A stretch of DNA of 64,000 nt, from positions 303,199-367,198 of the forward strand of contig RDEW01000024.1 of the NCBI GenBank assembly GCA_011109175.1, read 5' to 3'. The position numbers and the translations under genes are program-made. This document shows positions 36,031 to 50,229 of the stretch, in pieces. Numbering within the stretch: position 1 is the first letter of the stretch; every line of letters begins with the position of its first letter. The notes below the pieces were generated by a model, which was given only the letters and a program-made list of their open reading frames with translations, was not told the origin of the DNA and did not search any database. The DNA comes from Dicyema japonicum (taxonomy: Eukaryota; Animalia; Dicyemida).

Positions 36031-37903
36031 TCCATGCTGCGTATCCGTCACTTTGATTAGTTGTTTGTTATTTTTTATAAACTTAATTAGCTAGAAAAAA
36101 TAAAATAAATAATGCCATGATTAAAATGATATCACGTGTCCTCAAATCTTTTCCGAAAACGAGATTACTTCTAAGAATATACATGAATGGTTGTCAACAA
36201 ATGATATCCAAAGCATTGGATTAAACAAGTTTCTCTGTCGCCCTCCATCGGGTATCGATTTTAGTTAATCTTCTTTTCCTCGTTAAATTCTTGTAAACTT
36301 GACCCAACTCCGCCGCGATCACCACGAGGGTCTAAATGCTTACCTATACAAAACCTGCCAAACAAAATCGCAAATCTGCTTTTCATGTACACTTGATGAC
36401 AACACAGACCACCCATTTCTTGCTATAAGCCTTATATGTTTTTACTCCTCACTGGATCAGCCTTATGGATCCTAGGGAAGTTCTGTCATTGGTAGTTGCG
36501 TTCCACACAGTCGCCCTGTAATAACCATCTCACTTCATGTGTATTAAGAGCCGTTCAAAATCTTCATTGTCAAAACATTACTTTCGAAAATACACGAATT
36601 CAAAGATTTGGATATTATTTTATTTGTAACAGAAATAACTTTATTGAGAGAGTCATATGGCGACCATTTAGCTGATAATCTGTCAATGAATCACACAATG
36701 AGTAAACATTATAAGCGCTATTTCAAATTCGAAACAAAACTGTAATAACAATCAGTTGTATAGAGTGACCGATCAGTTGCACGTGCAATTATATTTTTAA
36801 TTGGGATTTATTTTGATGAACTTTTTTATATACGAACCTTTTTAAATTGTTGGTTATCTGGAAGGTTTTATAGCCTTGAAAAGGAAAAAGTAGCGTGGCA
36901 TTTGAGTTCCAGTCGTTCTCAGTTAATCTTTCCTTGCCAAAGACAACGTAACCTCGAAGAGGCTTTCCTTGGACACTACAAAAGACAACATGTCTGAAAA
37001 TTGATGTTGTTACACACCTCTATTGCATGCAATTTCAACTTAGCTTCATGATGGATGAGCCTTGTTTTCTTTTTTCTCCAAAGCATGGACGAGGTGACGA
37101 CTAAAGACAGTGAGGAAAGGTCTAGTTCTCAACAAAAAAAGTGTCTAATGTACATTCTATTAGAATCTATTCTCTTCCAGTCCAAAATTGACAAAAAAAT
37201 TGGGGATCAGCTGTAATGAGCAGATAGTTAATGTGATTTTATGTGTTGCTAATAATTTCAAATGAGTGCTTGAACGTAAAGTACAGTGTATGAAGATAAT
37301 CAAGAAGTTTCAGTTCATTTAATGTGCTCCGAAGTCGTAGTTAATCCATTTTTATTTAAACATGTATATATTTCAGATTGTCATCGTTGAATGGAGTTTG
37401 GTGATTTTTGATATTATAATTGCCACGGAATCACTGGGCTAAAATAGAATGTCTCAATTAAGAGGTAAACAAATACAAATATGATTTTTTGATGAAATAA
37501 ACTAATTGTATCAAAACAATAAAATTAATTTTAATATAGGGCATTTGAATAGCCAGGCTGTTTCCCCTAACAATCAAGATGCGCTCTCGAAAATATCCAG
37601 TATCACGTAGATCCTTGGTGACACTTTAGATCATTGAACCGATACGATAGAATAGGTCGTCTGTTTGAAAACTAAAGATTCCTAACACCTCAACTGCAAA
37701 ACGAAAAAACAAATGATTCTCCGAAGATGATTTACTACAGGCATGTCAAAATCAAAAACCTCCAGGGGCCGGATAAGATAATTGAGCATACAAGCGGGAC
37801 ACACTAACAAATCTGAAAAAAAAGTAATCTTATTGAAGTGTAATAATTTGCAAGTCGCTCCACAAAAGAAAGTGGCTATAAAGTAAAACAGTTGAATTAT
37901 ATA

Positions 37904-39620
37904 CCGTATTTGCCGTTGTATAAGTCGACCTATTAGATCAAAAATCGACCTCGACTTATACACTAACTCATGAAATTCAACATCGTATTCATTACTTCAA
38001 ATGTGGTGGAAATTATACACTCTTCAAAAACCCGATGTATCGGTAACCAACGCCGTTTCTCATGCATCTCATTGTGCGTAGGTGTGAGTCCGTCAAGCAC
38101 ATCAAACAGCGAGAAACTGAATCACTATAAAGCGTTCGTCACATTGACACGCACCCTCAGCAAACGATTTCAAATATTTTCGCTTCAATCACAGACACCG
38201 AAAGCCAGGCAGCGACAATGACTACTAGGGGGAAGTACTGGGAATTGAATGAATGCGTGACTCCTCGCCTAAACTCCGACAATGTCCGCACGTCAAGCAT
38301 TGATAATGACTGCTTCTGGGATGTTATTTTCTGGGTAACTAATAACTTTATTTGCAGAATGTAGTTATGGTACGTGCAGAATACAAAGAAAATTTTCTCC
38401 CCTTTCTTGTATCTCATTGGTTGGCTCTGCGTTTGCCTCAACAAGCAATCATTTGACTAAAAATTCTTAAAGATCAATCTAATTATGAAGTGAATGGTAT
38501 AAAATGATATCTATGCAAACATTCGATCATTACACTTACCCATGTCTAAACGAATGAAATACTCTGAGAAGTTCAAACTGCAAGTTGGAAACTTTGCCGA
38601 AGAAACTAACAACTGTGCTGCCTCGAGAAAGTATGGCGTAAATGAGAAACTAGTAAGAGAATGGAAACGCAATGCAACACAGCTAACAGTGATGCCAAGA
38701 AACAAACGTGCTAATAGAGGGAAAAGCTGCTATATTCACTGTTGTTCTTTCTTACTAAGGTGACGGTACAAAGAAGAAGCCGACGTTCGTTTTTAAGAGA
38801 AAAACTCTGCTGAAAGGACAGTTCGCTTCTGGTGTAGTAATTTACAATCATCCAAAAGGATGGATGAGTAAGGAATCAAGATCTGGATAGAAAAAGTATG
38901 GAACTCTCGACCTGGAGGAATGTTAAAAAAGAAAAGTCTTCTCCTATGGGATTCTTTCAAAGCCTATGTAGTGGACTCCGTCAAAAGAAAACATAAATGA
39001 AACAACACTGATGTCGCCGTTTTTCCTGGTGGACTAACAAGTGATTTGCAGCCACTTGATGATTCTTTGAACAAGCTGTTCAAAGACAGATTAAGAGAAA
39101 ATTGGAGTAATTGGATGATAGAAAGAGAGAAGCAGTTTACTAAAGGAGGAGCCAGAAAAACACCATCGTTAGAAATAATAACAATGGATTAAACAGTCGT
39201 GGGGTGATGTGTCGCTGTCTACTGTGGAACGCTCCTTTAAGAAATGCTGCATTTCCAACGCTCTCGATGGGAAGAAGACGACCTTATCTGGGAAGAGGAG
39301 GAGACTGAGGATAAAGAAGACCAAGAAGATGCCTTTTATAACGATAGACTAAACGAAAATGAGTGGAACGTGCTTTTGGAAAAAGTGACGATGAAGACGG
39401 ATTTTGAACTCTATTCAAGCACTTTATAATTCTAATTTATTGTTTCTTAACTAAAAATAAATCACTTTATAAGAGTGTTCATTGTTGTTAGTCTCTCTCG
39501 GTGCGTAATATCAGAGGGTTACAAAGTAAGTAGTATTCAAAATGGCGTATACAAAGGATACATCATAAAATCGTAAATTTCCGTCGAATTTTACTTATAT
39601 TTATACACCGGAAAATACGG
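37904..39620 (+). mobile_element. pogo-family (POGK-like) DNA transposon, internally deleted
   Basis: TIRs CCGTATTT(G/T)CCG(T/G)TGTATAA with TA on both sides. Brinker-type DBD at 38542 (YSEKFKLQV...AASRKYGVNEKLVREW). DDE_1 remnants FTVVL, KGWM, LLWDSF and PGGLTSDLQPLD..NK.FK. The CENPB-HTH and first Asp region is missing. Confidence 0.93.
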
Positions 39621-39939
39621 TAGTTAAGTGGATTTTAACACAGATCTTTGGTAATCCTTTTCTTTCTTCTAGAAGTAAAGTGTGCCACCATCTCCCTTTT
39701 ATTCCCCATTTCCAAATTAGAGTCAATCGAAATATCTTTGTTAAAGTTCAATGTATTCATAGCATTTTAGTTTACAAGTTGAAAGGTAGCAAAAATCTTC
39801 TCGTCATTGGAGACCTTCATAACGTGTTTATGTTCAATTAGCATAATTTCGAGACTCCTTTTAAACATAACTGACTGGATGTAAGTTCTCGTTTCTCCAT
39901 ATAATTTTTGAAGCATTTCGAGTCAACATAACCAGCGGA

Positions 39940-40690
39940 AGAATCTTTATTTGACAATTGTAAATAAACGATAGCTTATTTGCAAGGACGGTCGTACTTC
40001 CGATATGTTTGCAAGCAGTTTGTCATACGAACTACGGACAAATTTATCAAAAATAAAAAGGCTTTGTTTAGTCAGAATCGACATGTCGACTNNNNNNNNN
40101 NNNNNNNNNNNNNNNNNNNNNNNNGAATAATCTTTATTTGACAATCGTAGATAAACAATAGCTTATTTGCAAGGACGGTCGTACTTCCGATATGTTTGCA
40201 AGCAGTTTGTCTTACGAACTACGGACAAATTTATCAAAAATAAAAAGGCTTTGTTTAGTCAGAATCGACATGTCGACTTTTATCTCAGCATTTTGTGTCG
40301 ATAGAATTTGAAGGAACTGAATGTCCCTTTACTTTTCTAGCAACCTGATTCCATACACTCTGCGTAGATGTAGATGCAAGCAATTACGACATCGTCATGT
40401 CTTTGGATTTAATCAGTGTTTAACATACTATCACACTGGATGACCAGGTGGTCAACAGTTTTTTTTATTTTTCTTTCAATGGTTACATATTGTCCCCAAA
40501 GTAAAAAAAAACATTCTCCTGTATTACAAAAGACGATATATTGCTTCACTTCTTTGGCCGATATTGTACAGTTTTTTTTATTTTTCTTTCAATGGTTACA
40601 TATTGTCCCCGAAGTAAAAAAAAACATTCTCCTGTATTACAAAAGACAATATATTGCTTCACTTCTTTGGCCGATATTGGCAGATATTTC
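39940..40690 (-). mobile_element. R4-like non-LTR retrotransposon fragment (CCHC and RLE), with local duplications
   Basis: TVDHLVIQCDSML...RHDDVV zinc motif followed by EIKVD..I...FIFDK. Confidence 0.7.
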
Positions 40691-43600
40691 CTTTGAAGTT
40701 TCTACGTCTACGTTCGTTTACTCCGTGCATCTATAGATCTTTTACAATTTAACGCTCCACAAAATAAAAATTGAATCAAACATTAAGATTATTTTCACTC
40801 TTTAGTTTTTGTTTTGTCATGAAGTGCCTTTTTTACGACAATTTTTCGTATATGTGAAATATTTTAGCATCAAGGTCGGAACCTTGATCAAGGATGACAA
40901 GTGTTCATCCTTACTGAAGTAAAAAAAATTTAACGGGAAAGGATTTTAGTGGAGATTTATATTCAAATGGAAAATATCTGGAATTTGTAATTTCTCTGAA
41001 TCAAGTTCTTTATCACAAATATGTTTTTTTAAATAAAAATTTAAATTTAAAAAAAAATAAAAATTAAATCACAAAAATTGAAAATAATTAGCTTTATGCC
41101 GCTTAAATCATAGAGAAGTAAACAACAAAGGCTAGTTCATAAGTGCATAATATAAGACATCTTTTCATACCTTCAGATGAGGTTATGTATAAGACGATAA
41201 TGTGATGACTTCCTCTGGAGATAGAATAATTAGATTCATAATTAATGGAAGTCAAAAGTGTTCAAATGCACTGTTCTTGGCTGTGAAGACGTGGTTTAAC
41301 TCGGTTTGGAACAATAGAGTCCGATGTTCATATCTGAGAAATGAAGGATGCTAATTTCAGCTGCCTTATTCAACTAAACAGTGTTGCCTATGCTCACATA
41401 TAAGGCAAATTACCGGTATTTCAGTGAGAAAAAAATGAAATGTTTGGAAATACTAAAGAATTTTAAAAGACAAGCAATACGGTATTCATTAGGAATGTCT
41501 TTGATGGCGCCGTTTGCATCAAGGACTTACCTAGAATTTAAATACTCTCATGAGATCATTAAGAAGATTCGCAAAGAATTTAGTTTCAGTAATCAACGGA
41601 TGTTCATTGGTAAGTGGAAGACAGAAAACTTCTTTAAAACTCTACAGTCCCTTCTTCCATAACTTGTCTTGTAAAACCTTCTTGACTTGTATATTGAGTG
41701 CTTCCAATGTGCCTTTATTTTGTGATGATGGTTTCCCATTTGAAAACACAACATTAATTAACTTCCGTTTAGCTTAACAATGAACGTTGCAGGAATAAAT
41801 GCGGAGAAGAAACATGAGTACGAACAAGAGATCCCAGTAAGCGCTGTTGGTTATTTGAATGAATCTCACTCTCCATCCTGAGGGGGAATAGCTACCTAGT
41901 CAGGATAGCCACTGTATGAATTATTTTTATTTTGTATTAACAATAAAGTTTTTTTTACCTACAGAAAACATTAAAAATTGAAAGTTGGTCGAAATATCGG
42001 TGTTTGAGTTAAAGATTCTTTAAAGCATTCCCTTAATCATCTTGCAAACAAACAGTGCAAGGAGGGAATTAAAAATCATTAATGGGAATGAATAGCCTGG
42101 AGAGCATAGAATGGAAATGTCTCATGAAGAGCTCATCTCATCTTCCATCAACCTAGAGAGATGCCATGAGGATATTGCGAGGATATTCAATTGGTTGCTA
42201 CAAGAGGAATGAAGACTGATTCGAAAGTGGAGAAAAGGTGTAAAGAAAGTTTTCAACTTTCAGGAGGTGATTGAAGATTTAGGTAACTTTGGCTGATTCT
42301 ATTATAGTTTATTTCTAAAGTCAACTTTAATGACGCAGTCTTTTTGTTAACTTTTGTCAGTGGTGTCAATCGTAATGAAGAGCCAATAACTTCCCCCGTT
42401 CATTAGTTTCGATTTAATTTGAGTTTAATTTTGTTTCAGGTAACTGACTCTCATTTTCTTAAAGAAAGTGACTTTTGGTTACTCAGTTGAATCAAAAATC
42501 AACTGTTAAAAAANNTGGTGTCGGTTGTAATGAAGAGCCAATAACCTCCCCCGTTCATTAGTTTCGATTTAATTTGAGTTTAATTATGTTTCAGGTAACT
42601 GACTCTCATTTTCTTCAAGAAAGTGACTTTTGGTTACTCAGTTGAATCAAAAATCAACTGTTAAAAAAATTTCAGAACTCGAATTATAATCACCAGGTGA
42701 CCGGGAAAACGAAACCTATGGACGGCCAGGTATATGGAATTCCGTATTTCCACAAAGTTCGCGCGAAGGTTAATCTTGAAAAATCAGTTTCCCTCAAGGC
42801 ATTCCTAAAAAGTGCTAGTTTTGAAATTGTGTCATTTTTATTGACTTTTTCTGACACGTGTAAGCTGTTGCATTACCGACTCATGAATAAAGTTAGATTT
42901 TTAAAGATCAACTACGGAGAGATATTAGATCCATACTGAACAGAATAAAGATGAGGGAAAGTCGGAATAAATAGGTCCTTCCTCAGAGGTCCTGGACACA
43001 AGTGAAAGGAATCAGGGGTTAATAATATCCAAAGGGGTGTTTCAGACATTCGGTAGTGGACGTGAACATCTTGTAAACCTACTCAAAAAATTTGAATGAA
43101 AATCTTCTAATTTTAATAATTGTGACCGATTGAGGAAATTGGTTGAGAAAACTAATAGTCTACCTGTTACAATGATATGATCATTCCTGGCTTTTCATCC
43201 TTTATTTTCTAGTTGACCGGTGGATTCCATGAGAGCCACAACACCAGGGATTGACCTTGAGTGTAGCAATAAGAGCACACTTTACTTATGACTCATAGAA
43301 ATAATTGAATCATCAATCCTGACTGGGACAATGATATATAGTTTGCCAAAAAGTTGATTATGAACCTCCTAATAACGGATCTCCTATAAGAGGTTGTCAA
43401 TAACTCCTAGATAAAAGTTTGTGGCTTGCTAACTTTAAGAACATGGAAAAAACTATCTCCACTTACCACGAGCAGAACACGTTAGAGAATCAGAAGAATT
43501 TCAACACAAAAAAATGAAGTTTATTTGTTTTATTTAAATCATGGACGGCTTCTTCGGCGTTGTTGGCTGCAAATAAATTTAGAATTAACATGTCTAATAA

Positions 43601-44289
43601 AAAAATAATTATAGTCTGTCCATAAAAACTTTAAAAAACGACGATTCTAATGTCTTCCATAGTTTCCGAATGTGCCGACATTAGACGAAAAGCAGGACAT
43701 CGTGTTTTCACTTAGAAACTCCTCAGTTTAATCATCAATCGAAACTTTCCGGCGTTTCAGTTTTCTGAATTGAAAAGTTTAGAAAACTCGTGGACCCTTC
43801 TCTTACGTTTTACAAAGCAGGAACTCTGGGGAATCTCCATCAGAGTCTGGAGTACCATAAATTTCAATTTAACAATGAATTTTTAACTTATTTGATTTTA
43901 TATTAGCAGACAGACGTTCGGAAAATAGCATGAGCATAACAACGTTGAATCCCCAAGTTAAGATGTTGTCCAAGGATTCCTTCATAAGACTTACTCAATC
44001 TTTAGAAAAGTCGGTCTATTTGACATTTAGTGATAAATTCCTGAATACTAGGAAATTCACGTGTGAAACTCCAAAAAAGAATTTAACAACTAGTTAAGCA
44101 TACTCAGTTCCCACTGACACAGAAAAGAGTCTTTTCAGGGTCACAAGTTCTCCTCGAACCAATTTAATAGGTAGAGCCGTCCATTTCCTGAAGTTGTGGG
44201 AACGACTTCTTCATTCACTCTTGCCTATCCCAAAAGCCCAGACATCAGAAGAGCGCATTATTCTCATTTAATATATGCAATGCCTTTAG

Positions 44290-44520
44290 GAATCTTACAT
44301 GAAAAAGTTTTTAGACGGACATTCCTGAAAATTTTAAAAAACATTTGATCAGTTTCCCGACTATTTTCTAATGATGTACACCGTGGATCACCGTTATCCC
44401 CCCCTACTTTTCAATTTATTCTTGACTGAAATTCGGATACCGAAAGGGGAATACGATCTTGTCTTATGCAGACGGCATCGTTTTAGTATCGCGGAATCAA
44501 GACATTCAGTCAGCCACGGA
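44290..44520 (+). mobile_element. LINE RT remnant
   Basis: GSPLSP.LFNLF and ILSYADGIVL. Confidence 0.65.
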
Positions 44521-46519
44521 AAAATAAAAATTTGTGCGTTTAAATAAGAATCAACTGACAATAAACTCTGGAAAATCCGTCACATCCCCAAAACCTTTGA
44601 AAGTCCAATGAAATAACGAAAGGGACTTTATGTTCAACGTAACAACAAAAAAATCCACGATTCTTCCCTATGAAACCTCCCCCTTTGCAAGATCCTTTTG
44701 GTTTTTTCAAAGGGGTGCTTAGTCCCTTCCATTAATCTCTCGATCTCATGAAGATATTGAACTTTACCCGGGAGATTAAAAAACTCAAAAATTCTGCACC
44801 TATATATCAACGGGATCTCGAAAAACGAGAAGAGGTGATGGAATTTTTATCTTCAGACGATGTGAAAAAGCTCTAATACATGAAACATAACTACTTCACT
44901 GCTAATTCCTCGATTATGAAGATACTTACTCATTATCATGAACATTTCATCAAGCAGATCATCGATCTCATAAAATAGAGGCGTGCTATCAAATGGAGTG
45001 GTGTACGGGACACAATCCGACCTAAACCAGACGATCTCAGATCATTAAAATATCAAAAATTAAAAAATATTATATTTAAAAAATAATTAATCACTTTCCA
45101 TACATTGAGTTCAAGAGCCACTAGCTCAACCAAAAAAATGTCATCTTGGAAGTGGAGAGGATCTTGACTGGTTGCGCACTGCGGCTTTGAATATGAAGAA
45201 GTGGATGAAACTAACCAGTGATTTGCTAACTCGTGTTGCACATGCTTTGTTAGGTCCTATGACATAGCGATAAGTGCTTATAATAATAAATCATTCTTAT
45301 TGGCATCTAAATCCAAAAAATGGTAAAATTCCTCCAACACAAAGTGACAGATTATGCGCTACCTGCAAATAATTAAAAAATTAATTTCAACAATAAAACT
45401 CTTCATTTTCCAATATTTTAAACAATTTAAAATTTTATACAATAAAATGGCCCATTTGACATATTCTTGTATCGACCAAATAAAAATGAAGGGAAACAGA
45501 ATCTGAAAATATGAATACTTTATCGAAAATTTTATAAATCATTAAGAGGTGGATAACTTTTTATCTGAGCGCACTCTGGCAGTGTCGAGAAAACATCATG
45601 TACGTTACCTTTCGAACGGAGTGCCGAAAGCTCTGTCCTACCACCTGGTCTAATTAATCTTCATTTGAGCACCATAGCTGAAACTGAGAATACTCTTGTT
45701 TTTTTTTGAGCAGCATAGACTGACCTCTTTTAGTCTAAGTTTGTGTAATAAGTACTCTTTCACTATAACATGTTCTTAAACATTCATCGATTTGGCTGTC
45801 CTGAAGAATATGAAAGATTAGCCTTCCTTAATTCACCAGTAATCTTTATATAACTCTAATGTTCACATATTCAATAAGTTTGAGAATATATCAAACCTAT
45901 CAACAACATCATTGTGGGGACTCACTGCAAATGGAAGTGTGCTTTTTATCCCTTAATTATTAAATTATTCCAAAGACCAAGGGTAACCAAACTAACTAAC
46001 TCCTTGATCCTGACTCGTTCTAGCGTTCCAGTATTTGTCTCCAGGAAACGACATTGTCCTTCGGGGAACTAATTTTAGGAAAGCCATCAACACGGTGAAT
46101 ATCAAGTTGTGAAAACTCCGCGTTTACTTTTAATATTTTTTATAATATTTTAAATATTATTTTATTTTTTTTATTTCTTGTTCAAATTTATTATCTTAGT
46201 TATTTTAAGCAAAAATAATTTGATAAATGAAAAACGTATTCCTTACGGACTTCTCCGTTCACTCTGGGATCTCTCAATTGCAGAGGACTTAAACAACCTT
46301 ATAAGAAACACCAACTGGTATGCGATCTAACTAAATATGACGTCTCTGTCTTCTGTCTACAAGATACAAAAACGACCGTACAATGTACAGAACTGTTTGG
46401 AAATTCCATCTTTTTATCCTCCCGTCGGCCTGCCGATATTATGATCTCGATTTGGAGTCCATCAGGACTTGATTCACTACGTTACAAGAGTGTGGACAGC
46501 ATCTGATATCATAATGGAA

Positions 46520-46668
46520 ATGGCAGACGACCTGGACTATCTAAGAGAACTAGTGCGAAATAGAAGATCATGGTCGAAACTGACGGAGAGGATATTTGGA
46601 ATACGGCACAAGGGAAACTTAACTAATTTTATGTTTTTTCGGGAGTGCTTTTTAATAGTAATAATAAA
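46520..46668 (+). mobile_element. RTE-like 3' end (same family as 27255-27780)
   Basis: ADDLDYLRELVRNRRSW; tail cggcacaaggga...cgggagtgcttt followed by AAT repeats. Confidence 0.85.
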
Positions 46669-47700
46669 TGAAAAACACAATAACGCCTTCACATCACAAT
46701 CCCAAGTCTCCCGTGGAATACATTGGAATTACCATCCGTACAAGAATGGAAAATATCACAATTGCGAGCATGTACATTCCCCCTGCCAATATCTGCACAA
46801 AGGAATTTACCTTCTCCCTGAATGTGTTACGCCAATACCAACATGTGGCGACCTCAACGCGAAACACCCGACCTGGTACAAAAGTCTAACGCCATAGGAA
46901 ATCTCCTTCTCTCTCTACTGGATAACTTCATAATCCTTAACGACTATCGGATAAACGCAAGAACACCCTATAGAGCTTATGACAACATGACCTCACCTGA
47001 TTTGACCTTTGCCACCCCTAACATTGCTTCTCTTGACAACTGGTCTGTGATTTATAACTTCCGGAGCGACCACAATCCTATTTTCATTCGGGTAAAGGGC
47101 ACGCTCATCTCGGAAAAAAGATGAAACACTTTCCTGGATTACAGAAACGTTAATTGGAAAAAAATTTGCTCAATGTGTGGAAATGAACTTAGCCGATTTC
47201 GACGCAGTACGTTTCAACTCATTCGATAATGCAGTCTCTTATGTTAACAAAAAGATCCAGAAGGCAATGAAGGTATTTATCAGGGAAAGATAAATCAAAT
47301 CCTACATTAAACGTTTTGATCACAAAACGAAGAAAAATTATGAATGAACGTAATCAACTCAAGAGCGTCCAAGGGCCATCACCAGAAATTATATACCGAA
47401 TTCAAGTGCTTGATAGCGAAATGAGAAAAAATCTATAAGAAAAGGGAACTGGACGAACGGAGAAAAATCATCTCCGTGTTTAACAAACAAGGTCCCTGCC
47501 AATTATGTGAAAGACTCTCCCTGATCACAAAACCCTGAGAAAAGAAAGTCTTGATTTCTACAAAAAGGAACTTGACAGAATGATGAAATTCTACGCTCAG
47601 AGCAGCTATTTACCCCATAGAAGGTACGAGGGTCCTCCCTTGTCACTGATGAAACCAAGATGTCGTCATGTTCATGTATCTTTTTCACAAGTGGAAGTCG
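46669..47700 (+). mobile_element. I/Jockey-like LINE fragment (APE plus linker)
   Basis: ITIASMYIPP, CGDLNAKHPTW, TSPDLTF, RSDHNPI, YRNVNWKK. Confidence 0.85.
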
Positions 47701-50229
47701 AAAATACCATTAAATTTTAAAAACTAATCTATTTAAGCGGAGCAGATAATCGGTGATGTGACATAACACGTGTTGTTAAATAGACTTCCATCATTAGAAA
47801 AGACAAATTTAATGCAATGAAGAATCTGAGTGAACGACTATCAGAAGGCGATTTTTTTCGAAGGATATCTAGGTCGTCTGGATTTTCGAGATTCACACAG
47901 TTCCAAGATCTTCGTGAATTTCAATAGGGAGAAATTAGCTTAGACGTCTCCGGTGACCACAACTGCACTGGAAGTAAGCTTCCATAGCATCATTTGCCGG
48001 AACTGCTTTGTCCATTCTTAGGATATTTCCTAATAATTTCCACCTCTCCCCTTTGGTCGTTCGTTCAATTGACTGTGAATTGAATAATGCGTACAGCTTT
48101 ATTACAAATATTTTTTGGAATCTTAATTTTGATCAGCAATTTATGTCTTGGAAGTTTATTTTTTCTCAATATGATTGATCGACACCCCATGTTCCAGAAT
48201 TTTACAAAAGTACAGGAATGACAAACGCTTTTTAAAGCCGCAATTTTGTCCTGAAAAATACATCGATATTAAGCATCCAGTTTGACTGTATTTTTTTGGT
48301 GCCTTGTTTTCCTCCTTTTAATGTCTTCCCAGTCTCTTAGTAAATATCTTAACTTCCTCACTCTTATCCATGTTTCTTCAGCTGACCGGTCCTCTTTTTC
48401 ACTGTTGTTATGTCGGTTTTTCGATATTAATAATACCAAATACCTCCCTCGACCCCACACAATCACGTATCGGCAGGATGATTGGATCTTTGTATTCACG
48501 ACGGCACGATCCACTATTCATGCGTATCATGGATTCTAGAAGCATTGGCGACTGGGACTCTCCAGAAGTCAATATTTGGTAATTTTGGAAGCTGTTTTTC
48601 GGCTAGCCGATATTTTGTATATCACCCATCTTTTCAAAAAATAGTCCATTTCGTCAGCACAGACAAGTTCTAACATTCTTCATTTAAAAATGGTAATGTA
48701 AATTAAAGGGTTCCATTATGGGTTGGAGGCACTTAGTACGCAATGGGGGCTCTACACTGTGAGTACCACCTCTCTCTACCTATGTACGTAAACTGGGTGA
48801 TGTAAATTCCCTCTGTTCATTTTTCACCTCTCAGAGCCGACAGCAAATCGCCTCTCCGAATGTTATGAACTTATACGTTGTTCTTCTAAAATGCCAAAGG
48901 TGAACGCAGCTGGTATTTGCTATTTAATATTCGCTGGTCTCCTACAAGTTGTTGAAACCGGGATTACATAACTAACTAATGGGTAAAAGACGTCTATGGG
49001 AGTTGCGCCTCAAGATCGAGAGTATAAGTATCTCGATTTACCATAATGTCATTTGAGGCTCTCCTTTCTGCAAACCGATCAACCTGATGAACTTTAACAT
49101 GCTGTGGCCATGCTCGCCATACGTCTCAATGAAACGGTATTCCCTCCTTTTGGAATCTTAAGAGTACTCACTGCGGACCTTATACACAGCGATAACTTGA
49201 GCAGATTCCACGTTTGAGAAAGTATGGGAAAGTAAGACATCTCCATCTGCTCGATAGCATTATCTTAACGCCATCGGCCTCTTGTCATCACTCCTGTCAA
49301 GTCCGAAGGGTTCCAGGAAGTAAGCAACGATTATACAACTCCCGAAAATCTTAATGGTGTAGTCAAAGAACTCTGGAGATCACAGTGGATATTGTTGGAC
49401 AGAGTATTTATCAAGAAACGATATTTCTTCTTTTAAGGCTCTTTTGAAAATTTTCATCAGAAATCCGAAAGTCTTAGAATTCAAAATTATCGTCACTATC
49501 CAGATGGCTGAACTTGAAAAAGATGAGGAGGATTTGGATGCGTACCTTAAGAAAAGATTATGAATGAGACAAAATCGTTGTTTGTTTGTTAAAATCAGAA
49601 AAACCTTTTATAAACTAAATAAAATAGAATAAGGTTTTTTCAAACAAGATAGATTACTAAATCTAAAGAAAATTGAGTGTTTTCCTTTTAACGGAACTTA
49701 ACTCTTACAGTCTGTTTTTAATAACCCCGGATATATCTGAAAAGGGTTCTATTTCAGTTCCCTCTGTCGAAATAGGACGTATCTTTTCCAAGTATTATGC
49801 CTATCCATATTCGCCATTCTGGGAACCCCTCTACTAAATTAATGAATAGAGGGATCCTTTTTCGTTCAATTTATTGTATTGAACCACTATTATTAGAGAC
49901 ATAAATTGAATCACACTAACAAACACGGGATAAGGTCCAACCATCCCTTTTTTAAGTCAACTAATCGACAAACAACCCGATTCCAATATAATTCCCTTTC
50001 AGTTTCGTCCTAATCGCGATAGAGAATTAAGGGGTCGGAACTATCTCCAGGCGTGTTCTCCGAGAGATTGATACCGCAATCTCGCCATGCTCGGAGATCG
50101 AGAGTGGCGTTGGTTCCATAAACGCCTCGGGATTACAATCGTTCGTGGAAATGTATTCTGTCTCTCGGAGGAACGAATCGTATGAAACCAATAAATGTTC
50201 TACACTTCTTTTTGTTGCCTGTGAGTCTT

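Noticed and set aside
35975-36040. Functional tRNA gene
   Set aside because: No complete cloverleaf or acceptor stem; it is the head of a SINE with a tail and TSD
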